Part shown: one piece after another, positions 38,775-47,551 of the stretch
Layout: each line of letters opens with the position of its first letter
How positions within the stretch are numbered: position 1 is the first letter of the stretch
NCBI GenBank assembly: GCA_016203115.1
Contig: JACQNJ010000019.1
Location: 724 to 64,723 of the forward strand
Length of the DNA stretch: 64,000 nt
Direction: 5' to 3'
Origin: Candidatus Woesearchaeota archaeon
GTDB taxonomy: Archaea > Nanobdellota > Nanobdellia > SCGC-AAA011-G17 > GW2011-AR20
Translations under genes and position numbers: made by a program
The notes under the pieces: generated by a model
Told to the model about the DNA's origin: nothing
The model's database searches: none
The model's input: the letters and a program-made list of their open reading frames with translations, nothing else

Positions 38775-39425
38775 TTACCTCTTTTTCTTTTTAAAAGACA
38801 GCTTGAAAATGGTCAATACCCCCAAAATCAAAGCAAGGGCTAGTAAAGAAAATGCTAAATACTCAAAAGTCTTGTCATCTCTAACAACCCCATCACCAAA
38901 GGAAATATCACTGCATCCAACAACATTCTCATATCTGCATAAAGTATTGCTGCACAGATCTAAAGTGCATGCTTCATTATCATCGCAATCTTCATCATCG
39001 CTGCATTCATAAAAATTTTCTTCATCTGAGGCATTGCTATTTTTATCTGATTCATTAGTTTCTTCTAATTCAACACTTTCTTCTAACTCCTCAATCCCAA
39101 AAGGGCATACATTATTGTTACATTCATCTAAGTCACATTGACAGTCATCTTCACATTCAAATTGAATTTTGAAAGAAGCCTTTTCATAATCTGCTTTCCT
39201 GAAATCAAAGTAAACATCCTTAATCCTCTTGTCTTTTGATACAATAAATTGGTCATTGTTAACGCAAAGCATAGTACTCCCATTTACAGAGGCTAAAAGA
39301 GTGATATTCTTGCCATCAATAAGGAAGCTTTCACCCGGCTTTAAGGTTACATCAAATGTTTTTACAGCACTCGCAAGAGGCAATAAAAAAAGCAATAAAC
39401 CTAGCAATATCCATAGTACTCTCAT
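38775..39425 (-). CDS. Cys-rich membrane-anchored surface protein
   Basis: start reassigned to MRVLWILL (upstream part of track ORF overlaps the tRNA); C..D.DC.D...CT.D.C motif; C-terminal TM. Confidence 0.75.
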   Translation of the reverse strand: MRVLWILLGLLLFLLPLASAVKTFDVTLKPGESFLIDGKNITLLASVNGSTMLCVNNDQFIVSKDKRIKDVYFDFRKADYEKASFKIQFECEDDCQCDLDECNNNVCPFGIEELEESVELEETNESDKNSNASDEENFYECSDDEDCDDNEACTLDLCSNTLCRYENVVGCSDISFGDGVVRDDKTFEYLAFSLLALALILGVLTIFKLSFKKKKR

Positions 39426-39477
39426 AATTATTAATATTATCAAAAAGGTTAAAAAGCTATAGAAAAGGATAAATCTT

Positions 39478-39588
39478 AGCGGGGTAGGACAGCTAGGAGT
39501 GTCCGTTGAAGCATAATTCACTGCTGCGGAAGGCTCATAACCTGGTTGAGAGACCCAAAGGTCGTTGGTTCAAATCCAACCCTCGCTA
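39478..39588 (+). tRNA. initiator tRNA-Met(CAT) with two introns (39509-39531 at 29/30; 39540-39552 at 37/38)
   Basis: A1:U72 acceptor AGCGGGG/CCTCGCT; spliced anticodon stem TTGGG/CCCAA; BHB CCGT/GCGG with 3-nt bulges; CTCA/TGAG. Confidence 0.92.
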
Positions 39589-39596
39589 CTTCTAAT

Positions 39597-39878
39597 ATGG
39601 CAACAAAAGACCAAGTAATAGAACAATTAAAGAAAGTAGTAGATCCTGAGCTAGGTATGGATATTTATACTTTAGGCTTAGTCTACAACATTGACATAAA
39701 AGATAAAAAAATCAATATAAAAATGACTTTAACTTCTCCAATGTGCCCTTATGGCCCTCAAATAGTTGAAGATGTTAAATCGAGAATTAAAGCACTAAAT
39801 GCAGAACTAGTTATAGAACTTGTTTTTAGTCCACCATGGGAAATATCAAAAGAAGTAAGGTCTATTTTAGGAATATAA
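39597..39878 (+). CDS. DUF59/SufT metal-sulfur cluster assembly factor
   Basis: VVDPELG.DI..LGLVY, MTLTSP.CP, PPW; ATG start at 39597. Confidence 0.9.
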   Translation: MATKDQVIEQLKKVVDPELGMDIYTLGLVYNIDIKDKKINIKMTLTSPMCPYGPQIVEDVKSRIKALNAELVIELVFSPPWEISKEVRSILGI

Positions 39879-41000
39879 CTATTTTATAGAATTAGCAACA
39901 ACCTTCACAACATTCTTGTCAAAAACATCTGGAATAATATTATCTTCTTTAACATCTTTCACAACATCGGCTAGAGTATGAGCAGCATTTAATTTCATTT
40001 CATCAGTAATTTTTCTGACATTATGATCTAAAGCCCCTCTAAAAACTCCAGGAAAAGCAAGTACATTATTTATTTGGTTCGGAAAGTCGCTCCTTCCAGT
40101 AGCTACAATTTTAGCTCCTCCTTTTTTGGCTTCATCAGGCATAATTTCAGGAACTGGATTCGCCATGGCAAAAATAATAGCGTTTCTATTCATCAGTTTA
40201 ATATCTCCAGCTTTCAAAATGTTTGGAGCGCTTAGTCCAATAAAAACATCAGAATTTTCCAAAGCGTCCCTTAATCCTCCTTCAATACTTTCTTTGTTGG
40301 TTATTTTAGCCATTTCTTTTTTATACTGCATTAAATTTTTATTATTTTTATTTAAAATGCCTTCTCTATCAACTAAAATAATATCTCCAGCACCTTCTTT
40401 TAATAATAATTTAGAAACAGCAGTTCCCGCAGCTCCAGCTCCATTAACAACAATTTTTAAATTCCTAAACTCCTTTTTCACAACTTTCACAGCATTAATC
40501 AACCCAGCTAAAACAACAATTGCAGTTCCATGCTGGTCATCATGCATAACAGGAATATCCAATTCTTTTTTTAATCGCTCTTCAATTTCAAAACATCTGG
40601 GAGAAGAAATATCTTCTAAATTAATTCCTCCGAAAACAGGAGAAATATTTTTCACAATAGAAATAATCTCTTCTGTATTTTGAGATTTGATGCAGATAGG
40701 AAAAGCATCAATATTGGCAAACTCCTTAAACAAAACACATTTTCCTTCCATTACAGGCAAAGCAGCCTCAGCGCCTATATTGCCTAATCCCAAAACAGCG
40801 CTCCCATCAGAAACAACACCAACGGTATTTCCTTTGATGGTGTATTTGTAAACATCATTAACTTTTTTATAAATTTCCTTGCAAGGCTCTGCAACTCCAG
40901 GAGTATAAGCTAAACTCAAGTCCTCTCTATTTTTCAAAGAAACTTTAGAAATAATAGATAATTTCCCTTTGTATTTTTCATGAAATTCTAAAGAATCCAT
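39879..41000 (-). CDS. NAD(P)-dependent malic enzyme
   Basis: LAYTPGVA, DGSAVLGLG, NLEDI, HDDQHGTA, GAGAAG, ATGRSDFPNQ. Confidence 0.95.
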   Translation of the reverse strand: MDSLEFHEKYKGKLSIISKVSLKNREDLSLAYTPGVAEPCKEIYKKVNDVYKYTIKGNTVGVVSDGSAVLGLGNIGAEAALPVMEGKCVLFKEFANIDAFPICIKSQNTEEIISIVKNISPVFGGINLEDISSPRCFEIEERLKKELDIPVMHDDQHGTAIVVLAGLINAVKVVKKEFRNLKIVVNGAGAAGTAVSKLLLKEGAGDIILVDREGILNKNNKNLMQYKKEMAKITNKESIEGGLRDALENSDVFIGLSAPNILKAGDIKLMNRNAIIFAMANPVPEIMPDEAKKGGAKIVATGRSDFPNQINNVLAFPGVFRGALDHNVRKITDEMKLNAAHTLADVVKDVKEDNIIPDVFDKNVVKVVANSIK

Positions 41001-41031
41001 TTTTTAACAGGGCAAAAAAGACTATAAAAAC

Positions 41032-41928
41032 TTATGGTGTTGCATTATGCTTCTCAATAATATCAAAAGCAGATTTTTTTGCAGTATCTGCCTGTAAAGC
41101 AAACCCCAAACCTTCAGCATTTCCAACTTTAAAGTTATTAATGCCTACAATCTTGCTGTCTAAGTTAATTAAAGGCCCTCCTGAATTTCCCGGATTAATA
41201 GGAACATCAGTCTGAGCATAAACTTCATACCCATTCGCGCCTTCTCTATTGACAGCACTTATTATGCCTTCAGTAACAGAAAAACTTAAACCGTAGGGGT
41301 TTCCCACAGCAATAACCTTATCACCAACTTTAATGTCAGATGTATCTGCAAATTCTAAATAATCTAAACCACTAGCATCTATTTTAAGGATAGCTACATC
41401 TAAAGGTTGGTTAAATCCAACAAGAACCGCATCATAAACATTATCTCCAGAAGTAAAGACCTGAACATTATCTTTATCTTTATCAATAACATGATAGTTC
41501 GTTATAATAAATCCATCCTCAGTAATGGTCGCTCCAGAACCCAGGGACTGTGGAGTTGACACACCAACAACTGCAGGCACAACATTTTCTATGATAGCAG
41601 AAAAATCCTGAGATTTGATTTGCACATCTTTTAGCTGTGAGCTTAATTCCTCAATTTGGGTAGAACTCGTTTTTTCAAGCTGAGAAACAACTCTCAAAAT
41701 CTTTTCATCCGATTTAACAGTTTCCTCATTTAATGTGTTTATCTTGTTATTCAAGTTGGTATTAGAAGCCTCCAGCTGTTTGTTAAAATTATCCTGCAAA
41801 ACAATTAAATTGGTATTAGTCTGTTCTTTAAAGAGCGTAAAAGTATATTGCTGATAAACTAAAAAACCAAGTATAAAAATCAAAAGCAAAAAAACTGCAT
41901 TCTCCCTTGTTAAAACTCTTTTTTGCAT
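41032..41928 (-). CDS. membrane-anchored HtrA-like trypsin protease with coiled-coil stalk, no PDZ
   Basis: N-terminal TM, TNYHV, D.A, GNSGGPL. Confidence 0.9.
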   Translation of the reverse strand: MQKRVLTRENAVFLLLIFILGFLVYQQYTFTLFKEQTNTNLIVLQDNFNKQLEASNTNLNNKINTLNEETVKSDEKILRVVSQLEKTSSTQIEELSSQLKDVQIKSQDFSAIIENVVPAVVGVSTPQSLGSGATITEDGFIITNYHVIDKDKDNVQVFTSGDNVYDAVLVGFNQPLDVAILKIDASGLDYLEFADTSDIKVGDKVIAVGNPYGLSFSVTEGIISAVNREGANGYEVYAQTDVPINPGNSGGPLINLDSKIVGINNFKVGNAEGLGFALQADTAKKSAFDIIEKHNATP

Positions 41929-41936
41929 GAAAAAAA

Positions 41937-42170
41937 TTAAGAAGCCTTCTTTAAAGCCTTTTCTATAGCTGATTTGTCAAATCCCAAGATTGTTTCTTTC
42001 CCAATAACAATAACAGGAACTCCAGTTTGCCCTGTCAATTCAATTATTTCTTTGATTGCATTAGGATTTTTAGTTACATCAATCTCGGTATATTTTGCCT
42101 TTTTCTCTTTAAGCAGCTCTTTGGTCTTATGGCAGTATTGACACATCGGTGAAGTAAATAACCTTATCAT
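41937..42170 (-). CDS. glutaredoxin/NrdH-like protein
   Basis: CQYC, TGVPVI, GFD. Confidence 0.88.
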   Translation of the reverse strand: MIRLFTSPMCQYCHKTKELLKEKKAKYTEIDVTKNPNAIKEIIELTGQTGVPVIVIGKETILGFDKSAIEKALKKAS

Positions 42171-42186
42171 CTTAAAAAATAAAAAA

Positions 42187-42903
42187 TTATGCGGATAATT
42201 CCGCATCTATTACTTGTTTGAAAGCGCTAAAAGGCTGGGCTCCAACCAATATCTTCCCATTAATGAAGAAAGTTGGTGTTCCAGATGCTCCATAAGCACT
42301 AGCATCACTTAAATCCTTTTGAATTTCGCTTTTATACTTCCCATCTTTCATGCACTTGTCAAATTTATCAGCATCCAGTCCAACTTCTTTAGCCCAAGTG
42401 CTCAATATCTCATTGCTCAGCAAACCTTGATTGTCAAAAATCTTGTCATGGTATTCCCAAAATTTGCCCTGCTCATTTGCACATTCAGAAGCTTCTGCAG
42501 CAGGCATTGCATATTCGTGGAAGCTCAAAGGTAAATGTCTAAAAGCCAATTTAACCTTTCCCGTGTCAATATATTCTTTCTGTAGAGAAGGTAAAGTTTG
42601 CTCATAAAATCTACCGCAGAATGGACATTGAAAATCACTAAACTCGATTATGGTGACTTTAGCATCCTTATCTCCTATCACAGGAGCACCATCATATTTC
42701 ACATCCTGTCTTATATTAGGATTAACCTCTCCTGGAGGAGCACTAGGCAAAGGTGCAGCAGGTGCAACAACAGCACCAGTTCCTTCATTAGTTCCTAAGC
42801 CAAATCCTCCTGTAAACAAAGAAACAACAAACAAAACTCCAAAAATTCCAGTTAATAATTTCCAAATCGTAATTTTCTTTACCTGAAAAGATTCATCTTC
42901 CAT
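42187..42903 (-). CDS. DsbA-family thiol-disulfide oxidoreductase, membrane anchored
   Basis: EFSDFQCPFC, GTPTFFING, GAQP. Confidence 0.92.
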   Translation of the reverse strand: MEDESFQVKKITIWKLLTGIFGVLFVVSLFTGGFGLGTNEGTGAVVAPAAPLPSAPPGEVNPNIRQDVKYDGAPVIGDKDAKVTIIEFSDFQCPFCGRFYEQTLPSLQKEYIDTGKVKLAFRHLPLSFHEYAMPAAEASECANEQGKFWEYHDKIFDNQGLLSNEILSTWAKEVGLDADKFDKCMKDGKYKSEIQKDLSDASAYGASGTPTFFINGKILVGAQPFSAFKQVIDAELSA

Positions 42904-42956
42904 GCCTAAAACCCCCTTAAAAGCTATAAATTAACAATCGTTTAAAAAACTTTCCT

Positions 42957-43700
42957 TTAACTTTTTTGTATAGCACTAGCAGCTAAATAAGACAAGAATG
43001 CAGGCAATAAAGGCAAGACACAAGGACTCAAGAAAGACCCTAATCCTGCAATAAAAGAAACAGGCAAAGTCAATGTTCCGAGTCCTCCTGTCTGGGCATC
43101 TAATTTCAAAAGCAATTCTGTAAGGATTGGCAAATTCGCAATCCTGCTAAGTTTGTTTGTAAAAACAAGAACTCCTAATACTATTAATAAAACTCCAAAA
43201 ACATAATTAACATAAGTAAGCCACTTTCCCGCTTTAGAAATAAAAGCAGCTGCTTTTCCAGTAAATGCTCCAACTATCAGAAAAGGAATTCCTAATCCTA
43301 AAGAATAAGCTAATAATAAACCAAAAGCATTTCCTGGATTGCTAACAGCCAAAGTCAAGATTGCCCCTAAAACAGCCCCAACACAAGGAGTCCATCCAAC
43401 AGCAAAAGCAGCCCCAAAAATAAAGGAAGTTACATAAGCATATTTGAATTTTCTCTTAACTCTTAGTTTATGCTCCCTTTCTAAAAAAGGAATTTTAACT
43501 ATCCTTAACAAATACAATCCAAATAAAATAATTATAGCTCCTCCTATATACCCTAACCAAGCCTGAACAGTCACAGAAACATTAGCTAGTAATCCTTGCA
43601 ATAATACACCAACCAAAGAAAACACAATAGCAAATCCTAGAACAAAAAAAACGCTATTGAGAAAGATATCCAATTGTCTTATTTCAGGCTCTTTTTTCAT
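42957..43700 (-). CDS. ccdA: CcdA/DsbD-family membrane electron transporter, circularly permuted
   Basis: GWTPCVG motif precedes a C-terminal AGLGSFLSPCVLPLLP motif. Confidence 0.88.
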   Translation of the reverse strand: MKKEPEIRQLDIFLNSVFFVLGFAIVFSLVGVLLQGLLANVSVTVQAWLGYIGGAIIILFGLYLLRIVKIPFLEREHKLRVKRKFKYAYVTSFIFGAAFAVGWTPCVGAVLGAILTLAVSNPGNAFGLLLAYSLGLGIPFLIVGAFTGKAAAFISKAGKWLTYVNYVFGVLLIVLGVLVFTNKLSRIANLPILTELLLKLDAQTGGLGTLTLPVSFIAGLGSFLSPCVLPLLPAFLSYLAASAIQKS

Positions 43701-44179
43701 AGTAAGGAATTAACAATCTTTTCTTTAAGCTTATCTTTATTTAAGCTTTCCAAAGTTCTAAAAAGCTCTTTTTCATTGCTATCAACAATAACTTTTGTAT
43801 GCTGATAAGTTACGCCGAATTTCTTGGCCAATGCTTTCTCATTTTCATCAGTTTGATCATCATTGTAATTAACCTCTAAAGCAACTAAGTCTTCTCCGCT
43901 TATCCCTTTTAAAGCATTGACTATATCAGGCCTTTCCATTTTGCATATTGGGCACCAGTTGGCATAAAAATTCAAGAATACAAACTTGCCTTCATTTAAA
44001 GCGGTTTCATAAGCTTCTTTGGTATAAGATTGATAGGCAACACCTGAAACATCAGCGTTTTCACCAATAATATTTTCTTGCAATTCCTGGGATTTCTCAG
44101 ACTCAAATTGTTGATTGCATCCCACAACAAAAACCAGTAAAAATAAAATTAAGAATATACCTCTTTTCATAAAAATCAA
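43697..44179 (-). CDS. thioredoxin-like lipoprotein
   Basis: lipobox-like VVGC; FYANWCPIC; GVTYQHT. Confidence 0.85.
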   Translation of the reverse strand: MIFMKRGIFLILFLLVFVVGCNQQFESEKSQELQENIIGENADVSGVAYQSYTKEAYETALNEGKFVFLNFYANWCPICKMERPDIVNALKGISGEDLVALEVNYNDDQTDENEKALAKKFGVTYQHTKVIVDSNEKELFRTLESLNKDKLKEKIVNSLL

Positions 44180-44207
44180 AGTTAACAGCTGTTTAAATAG
44201 TTTATCT

Positions 44208-44561
44208 TTAAAAAAATCTTCTTTTGATCTGATGAGTATCTACAGTTTCTTCATGCAGATGATGATCACAGCCAGCACCAGTTTTCACATCCAATTTTGC
44301 ACTAATTGATTTAACTAAATTATTTTTAAGTAAATATTCCTCAACTTCATCACCGCTGACATCAGCTAGCATCTTTCCATTAATCTCCACACAAGGAGAC
44401 AAAGGTTGCCCGCTTTTCATGACCATGTCATTATAATTCTCTTCAATATTCACAACATCAATATCTTCATAATTCAAGTGATATTTTCCTAAAATAGCCC
44501 TGACTCCGTTGCTCCACCCGCAGCTTGGTTTCAAATAAGCTTTGATTTTTAATTCTACCAT
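44208..44561 (-). CDS. glutaredoxin-like protein (CGWS)
   Basis: YLKPSCGWS, SGQPLSPCVEING. Confidence 0.8.
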   Translation of the reverse strand: MVELKIKAYLKPSCGWSNGVRAILGKYHLNYEDIDVVNIEENYNDMVMKSGQPLSPCVEINGKMLADVSGDEVEEYLLKNNLVKSISAKLDVKTGAGCDHHLHEETVDTHQIKRRFF

Positions 44562-44639
44562 GTTTTTGTACTAAATTTAGGTATTTAAAAGATTTGCTGT
44601 CTACCCTCAAAATCGAGTATTTTTTAAATATTCAAAGGA

Positions 44640-44729
44640 TTGCTAAAGGCATGGAAAGAAATAGAAGCTGGAAAATGTAAAAAAAAGGGAAGTGAAGAAT
44701 TCTTAAAAAATTTTCCTGTATCTACATAG
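44640..44729 (+). pseudogene. possible remnant of an antitoxin C-terminus
   Basis: reads LLKAWKEIEAGKCKKKGSEEFLKN; in-frame stop just upstream, no N-terminal domain. Confidence 0.3.
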
Positions 44730-44865
44730 CTTTAGAGATTTCTTGTATTAGCCTATTAAAAGAGATTCTATTACTAATGTTTTTTATATTGTTTTTATTT
44801 TTATAAGCCTATTCCCAAAATGTCTTTCAATTAACTTTTTAAATAATCAAATCATTTTAAATGCC

Positions 44866-46935
44866 ATGAAAAGAGGTGTAGTTTTAATATTCTTATTAGT
44901 TCTATTTTCAATAATCCTAGTTACACAATCTGAAGCAGTTTTTATCCAATCAGCCATATCCCCAATTTATGTAGGAGAAACAGATACCTTATTAAAAACA
45001 GGAACAACAGACTCAGTAAACTGGGAAATTTTGACACCCTCTATTTGCAAATTTTACGGCACTGATATTTTTACTAATAACCAAATTCGCTCTTACCCGA
45101 AAGGTCTAAGTGCTGGAACATGCTCTGTCAGAGTAACAACAGTAATTGCACCAACAGAAACAGCAACATTTGACTTTCAAGTTTTAGCAGCTGCAGCTCC
45201 AATCCCTGCTTCTTTAAGTTCCTGCTCAGTTGTACCTCAATGTATAGAAGGCTTAGGGAAAAAAACATTAGCTTCAGTTTCTGGCACTACAGATGCACAT
45301 GTATCACGCGATATCAATAGATTTCCTTACAAGTTATGCTGCGATGGAGAATCATTAAGCAGATCTTGTATTCCAACTCAGCCTCAGAAAGCAGATGTTG
45401 CCTACATTTACCTCACGGATGATTCTCATGTAGACCCAAATGGGCAGCCAGAATCAATATGCTTGTCAGTAAGAGACCAATCAAGCATTTCCTGCAGATT
45501 TAGCAATACCGGCTGTACCGCTAGTGAAACTTGTTTATTATCTTTATATCAGACCACAGATTCACATGTAGCAGATTGTAACGCCCTATCAACTCAAACC
45601 AAAATCTGCTGCTCTATAACTCAGGCTAAGACATGCTATAATCAGGGAGAAGCTAGATCTGATTCAGATAGTTTGCAATGCTGTGTAACAGATCCAGTTA
45701 CAGGAAGTGATTTGTATTATTCAAAAGAAGTTGATACAGATATCACTGGTGGATGTTGTGTGAAAGTAGATGAAGCATGGAACTCCTTTACAGGAAGATG
45801 TGAACCCACACAAGCAACTCTTTGCAACCCAACATGCCCATATGATCCAACAAACCCAAGTTATTGGACAACAGCTGGATGTTTTAGGGATTTACCAACA
45901 CCACCGCCTTACGAAGATGCATGTTGCACTGAAACACTTTTTGGTGTCACAGATAAATTCCAAATTCCAATAGAAGTAACAACAGACGCAAATGGCAAAT
46001 GCACAGGAGCTAAATTCTGCTCTTCAACAACCAAATTATGTTCATCAACACTAGACAGTTTTTGTCCAGAAAATTATGGAGATTGGTCTTCCTGTCCTTT
46101 AAATGAAGTTGGCAATAGATGCAGCATTTGCGACCCAGATTGCGGAACTTGTGGAAGTACAAGTTTTTCCCAGTTAAAAGATCCAGCCTCCCAGAATGAG
46201 CAGTTAACAATTAAGGTAGAATATAATGTTCCAATTGTAAAAGAAATTACTTTATGGAGAGTAATTTCAGGAACTGATTATTACATAAGCACTGCAAACT
46301 GCCAAGTTCAAGGAAGTGTTTGTACAGCAACATTTTCTCCGGGTTCAGTTTCACCAGGAGTAGTCCAATATCTAACAACGCCATCAAGCCCAGGCTCGCC
46401 TTACTCATTTAAGTCATCTTTATCAGTAGCCCCTGACATCATCATAACTAAAACAGGTTATACATTGCCAAGAGTAGAAATACAAGCTCCATTATCAGGC
46501 TCAACTTTAAGTGGGACAGTAAATATCCGGGCAAGAGCACAAAGTGATTCAAGCATCAGTAACATAAAATGGTATATTGAAAAGAAATCCTCTGGAGCAA
46601 ATATGCCACCATCATATTCACCAGTAAATATAATTAATAATCAAGGTTCATGCACTTTCTGTGACGCTTTAGGCTGTAATTTGCTTGGCTCAGCCTCCTA
46701 TTCGCCAAATCCTCCAAACACGAATGTAGTATCCACAAAAAGCTTTAATACTTTGAAATGCGACAATAATGATTTCATGTTGAAAGTAATAGCAGAAGAT
46801 CAGAGAGGGAACAAGGCAGAAGCTTCTATTCCTGTAAGAACAAGCAACACAAATGCCCCTTGCACAGATAATTGCCCTGCATATGATTCAACAATATTAA
46901 AGATAGTAATAGCCAAGGTTAAGACATGGATATGA
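44866..46935 (+). CDS. secreted Cys-rich multidomain protein with C-terminal Ig-like domain
   Basis: signal peptide; very Cys-rich; three D[AS]HV repeats; P.V.I.AP..GST.SGTV.I.A Ig start. Confidence 0.82.
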   Translation: MKRGVVLIFLLVLFSIILVTQSEAVFIQSAISPIYVGETDTLLKTGTTDSVNWEILTPSICKFYGTDIFTNNQIRSYPKGLSAGTCSVRVTTVIAPTETATFDFQVLAAAAPIPASLSSCSVVPQCIEGLGKKTLASVSGTTDAHVSRDINRFPYKLCCDGESLSRSCIPTQPQKADVAYIYLTDDSHVDPNGQPESICLSVRDQSSISCRFSNTGCTASETCLLSLYQTTDSHVADCNALSTQTKICCSITQAKTCYNQGEARSDSDSLQCCVTDPVTGSDLYYSKEVDTDITGGCCVKVDEAWNSFTGRCEPTQATLCNPTCPYDPTNPSYWTTAGCFRDLPTPPPYEDACCTETLFGVTDKFQIPIEVTTDANGKCTGAKFCSSTTKLCSSTLDSFCPENYGDWSSCPLNEVGNRCSICDPDCGTCGSTSFSQLKDPASQNEQLTIKVEYNVPIVKEITLWRVISGTDYYISTANCQVQGSVCTATFSPGSVSPGVVQYLTTPSSPGSPYSFKSSLSVAPDIIITKTGYTLPRVEIQAPLSGSTLSGTVNIRARAQSDSSISNIKWYIEKKSSGANMPPSYSPVNIINNQGSCTFCDALGCNLLGSASYSPNPPNTNVVSTKSFNTLKCDNNDFMLKVIAEDQRGNKAEASIPVRTSNTNAPCTDNCPAYDSTILKIVIAKVKTWI

Positions 46936-47459
46936 AAAAGAGTTGTATCTTAATTTTTGTATTATTTTTCTTATTTTTTAGCATAAGCGAAGTATTAGGA
47001 GATCTTAGAGATATTCCAGGCAATAATCCTGCTTTTGATTATGTACAACCTAAACCTAGCTTTTTTGATAAAACAATTTTAATAGCTTCTTACGCATTAA
47101 TCCCATTAGTATTAGTAGGCTTATTATATTTTTTTATTTTAAAAACAAATGCCTATTGGATAAAAGGTGGACTGATTGCGGTTATTATCTACATCTTTTA
47201 CTTTTTTATTACTACAAATCATTTTAGAAACATTAGTAACAGCTTCGGTCTTTTAAATTTGGCTTTTGTCCCTTTGTTTTTTATTCAGTTTTTTTATCTT
47301 TTAGCGATAGAGGGCTCAATTTCTTTTGTTACAGGGGCTTTGATAGGTTTTGTGTATGGGAAAGTTAAAGGAAAAATAAGAATCATACAGACTTATCCTC
47401 ACTTTAAGATAAGAATAGGAGAGTTAAACAACTCAAAAAATAAGCCTAAGAAGAAATAG
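46926..47459 (+). CDS. multi-pass membrane protein
   Basis: signal peptide plus 3-4 TM helices. Confidence 0.65.
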   Translation: MDMKKSCILIFVLFFLFFSISEVLGDLRDIPGNNPAFDYVQPKPSFFDKTILIASYALIPLVLVGLLYFFILKTNAYWIKGGLIAVIIYIFYFFITTNHFRNISNSFGLLNLAFVPLFFIQFFYLLAIEGSISFVTGALIGFVYGKVKGKIRIIQTYPHFKIRIGELNNSKNKPKKK

Positions 47460-47551
47460 ATCCCAATTGATTCATTTACTACTATCCAATAAACAAAAGA
47501 GAAAACTATTTAAAGAGAAAATGATTAACTAAAACTAGTAAAAAGGTCAAA

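Noticed and set aside
39426-39596. N-terminal extensions of ORFs 38775..39521 and 39546..39878
   Set aside because: They overlap the initiator tRNA; the starts are reassigned to 39425 and 39597
40126-40683. Long antisense ORFs (also 55243..55776, 16444..16842 and similar)
   Set aside because: Ser/Phe/Ile/Leu-rich mirror translations of well-supported genes on the opposite strand
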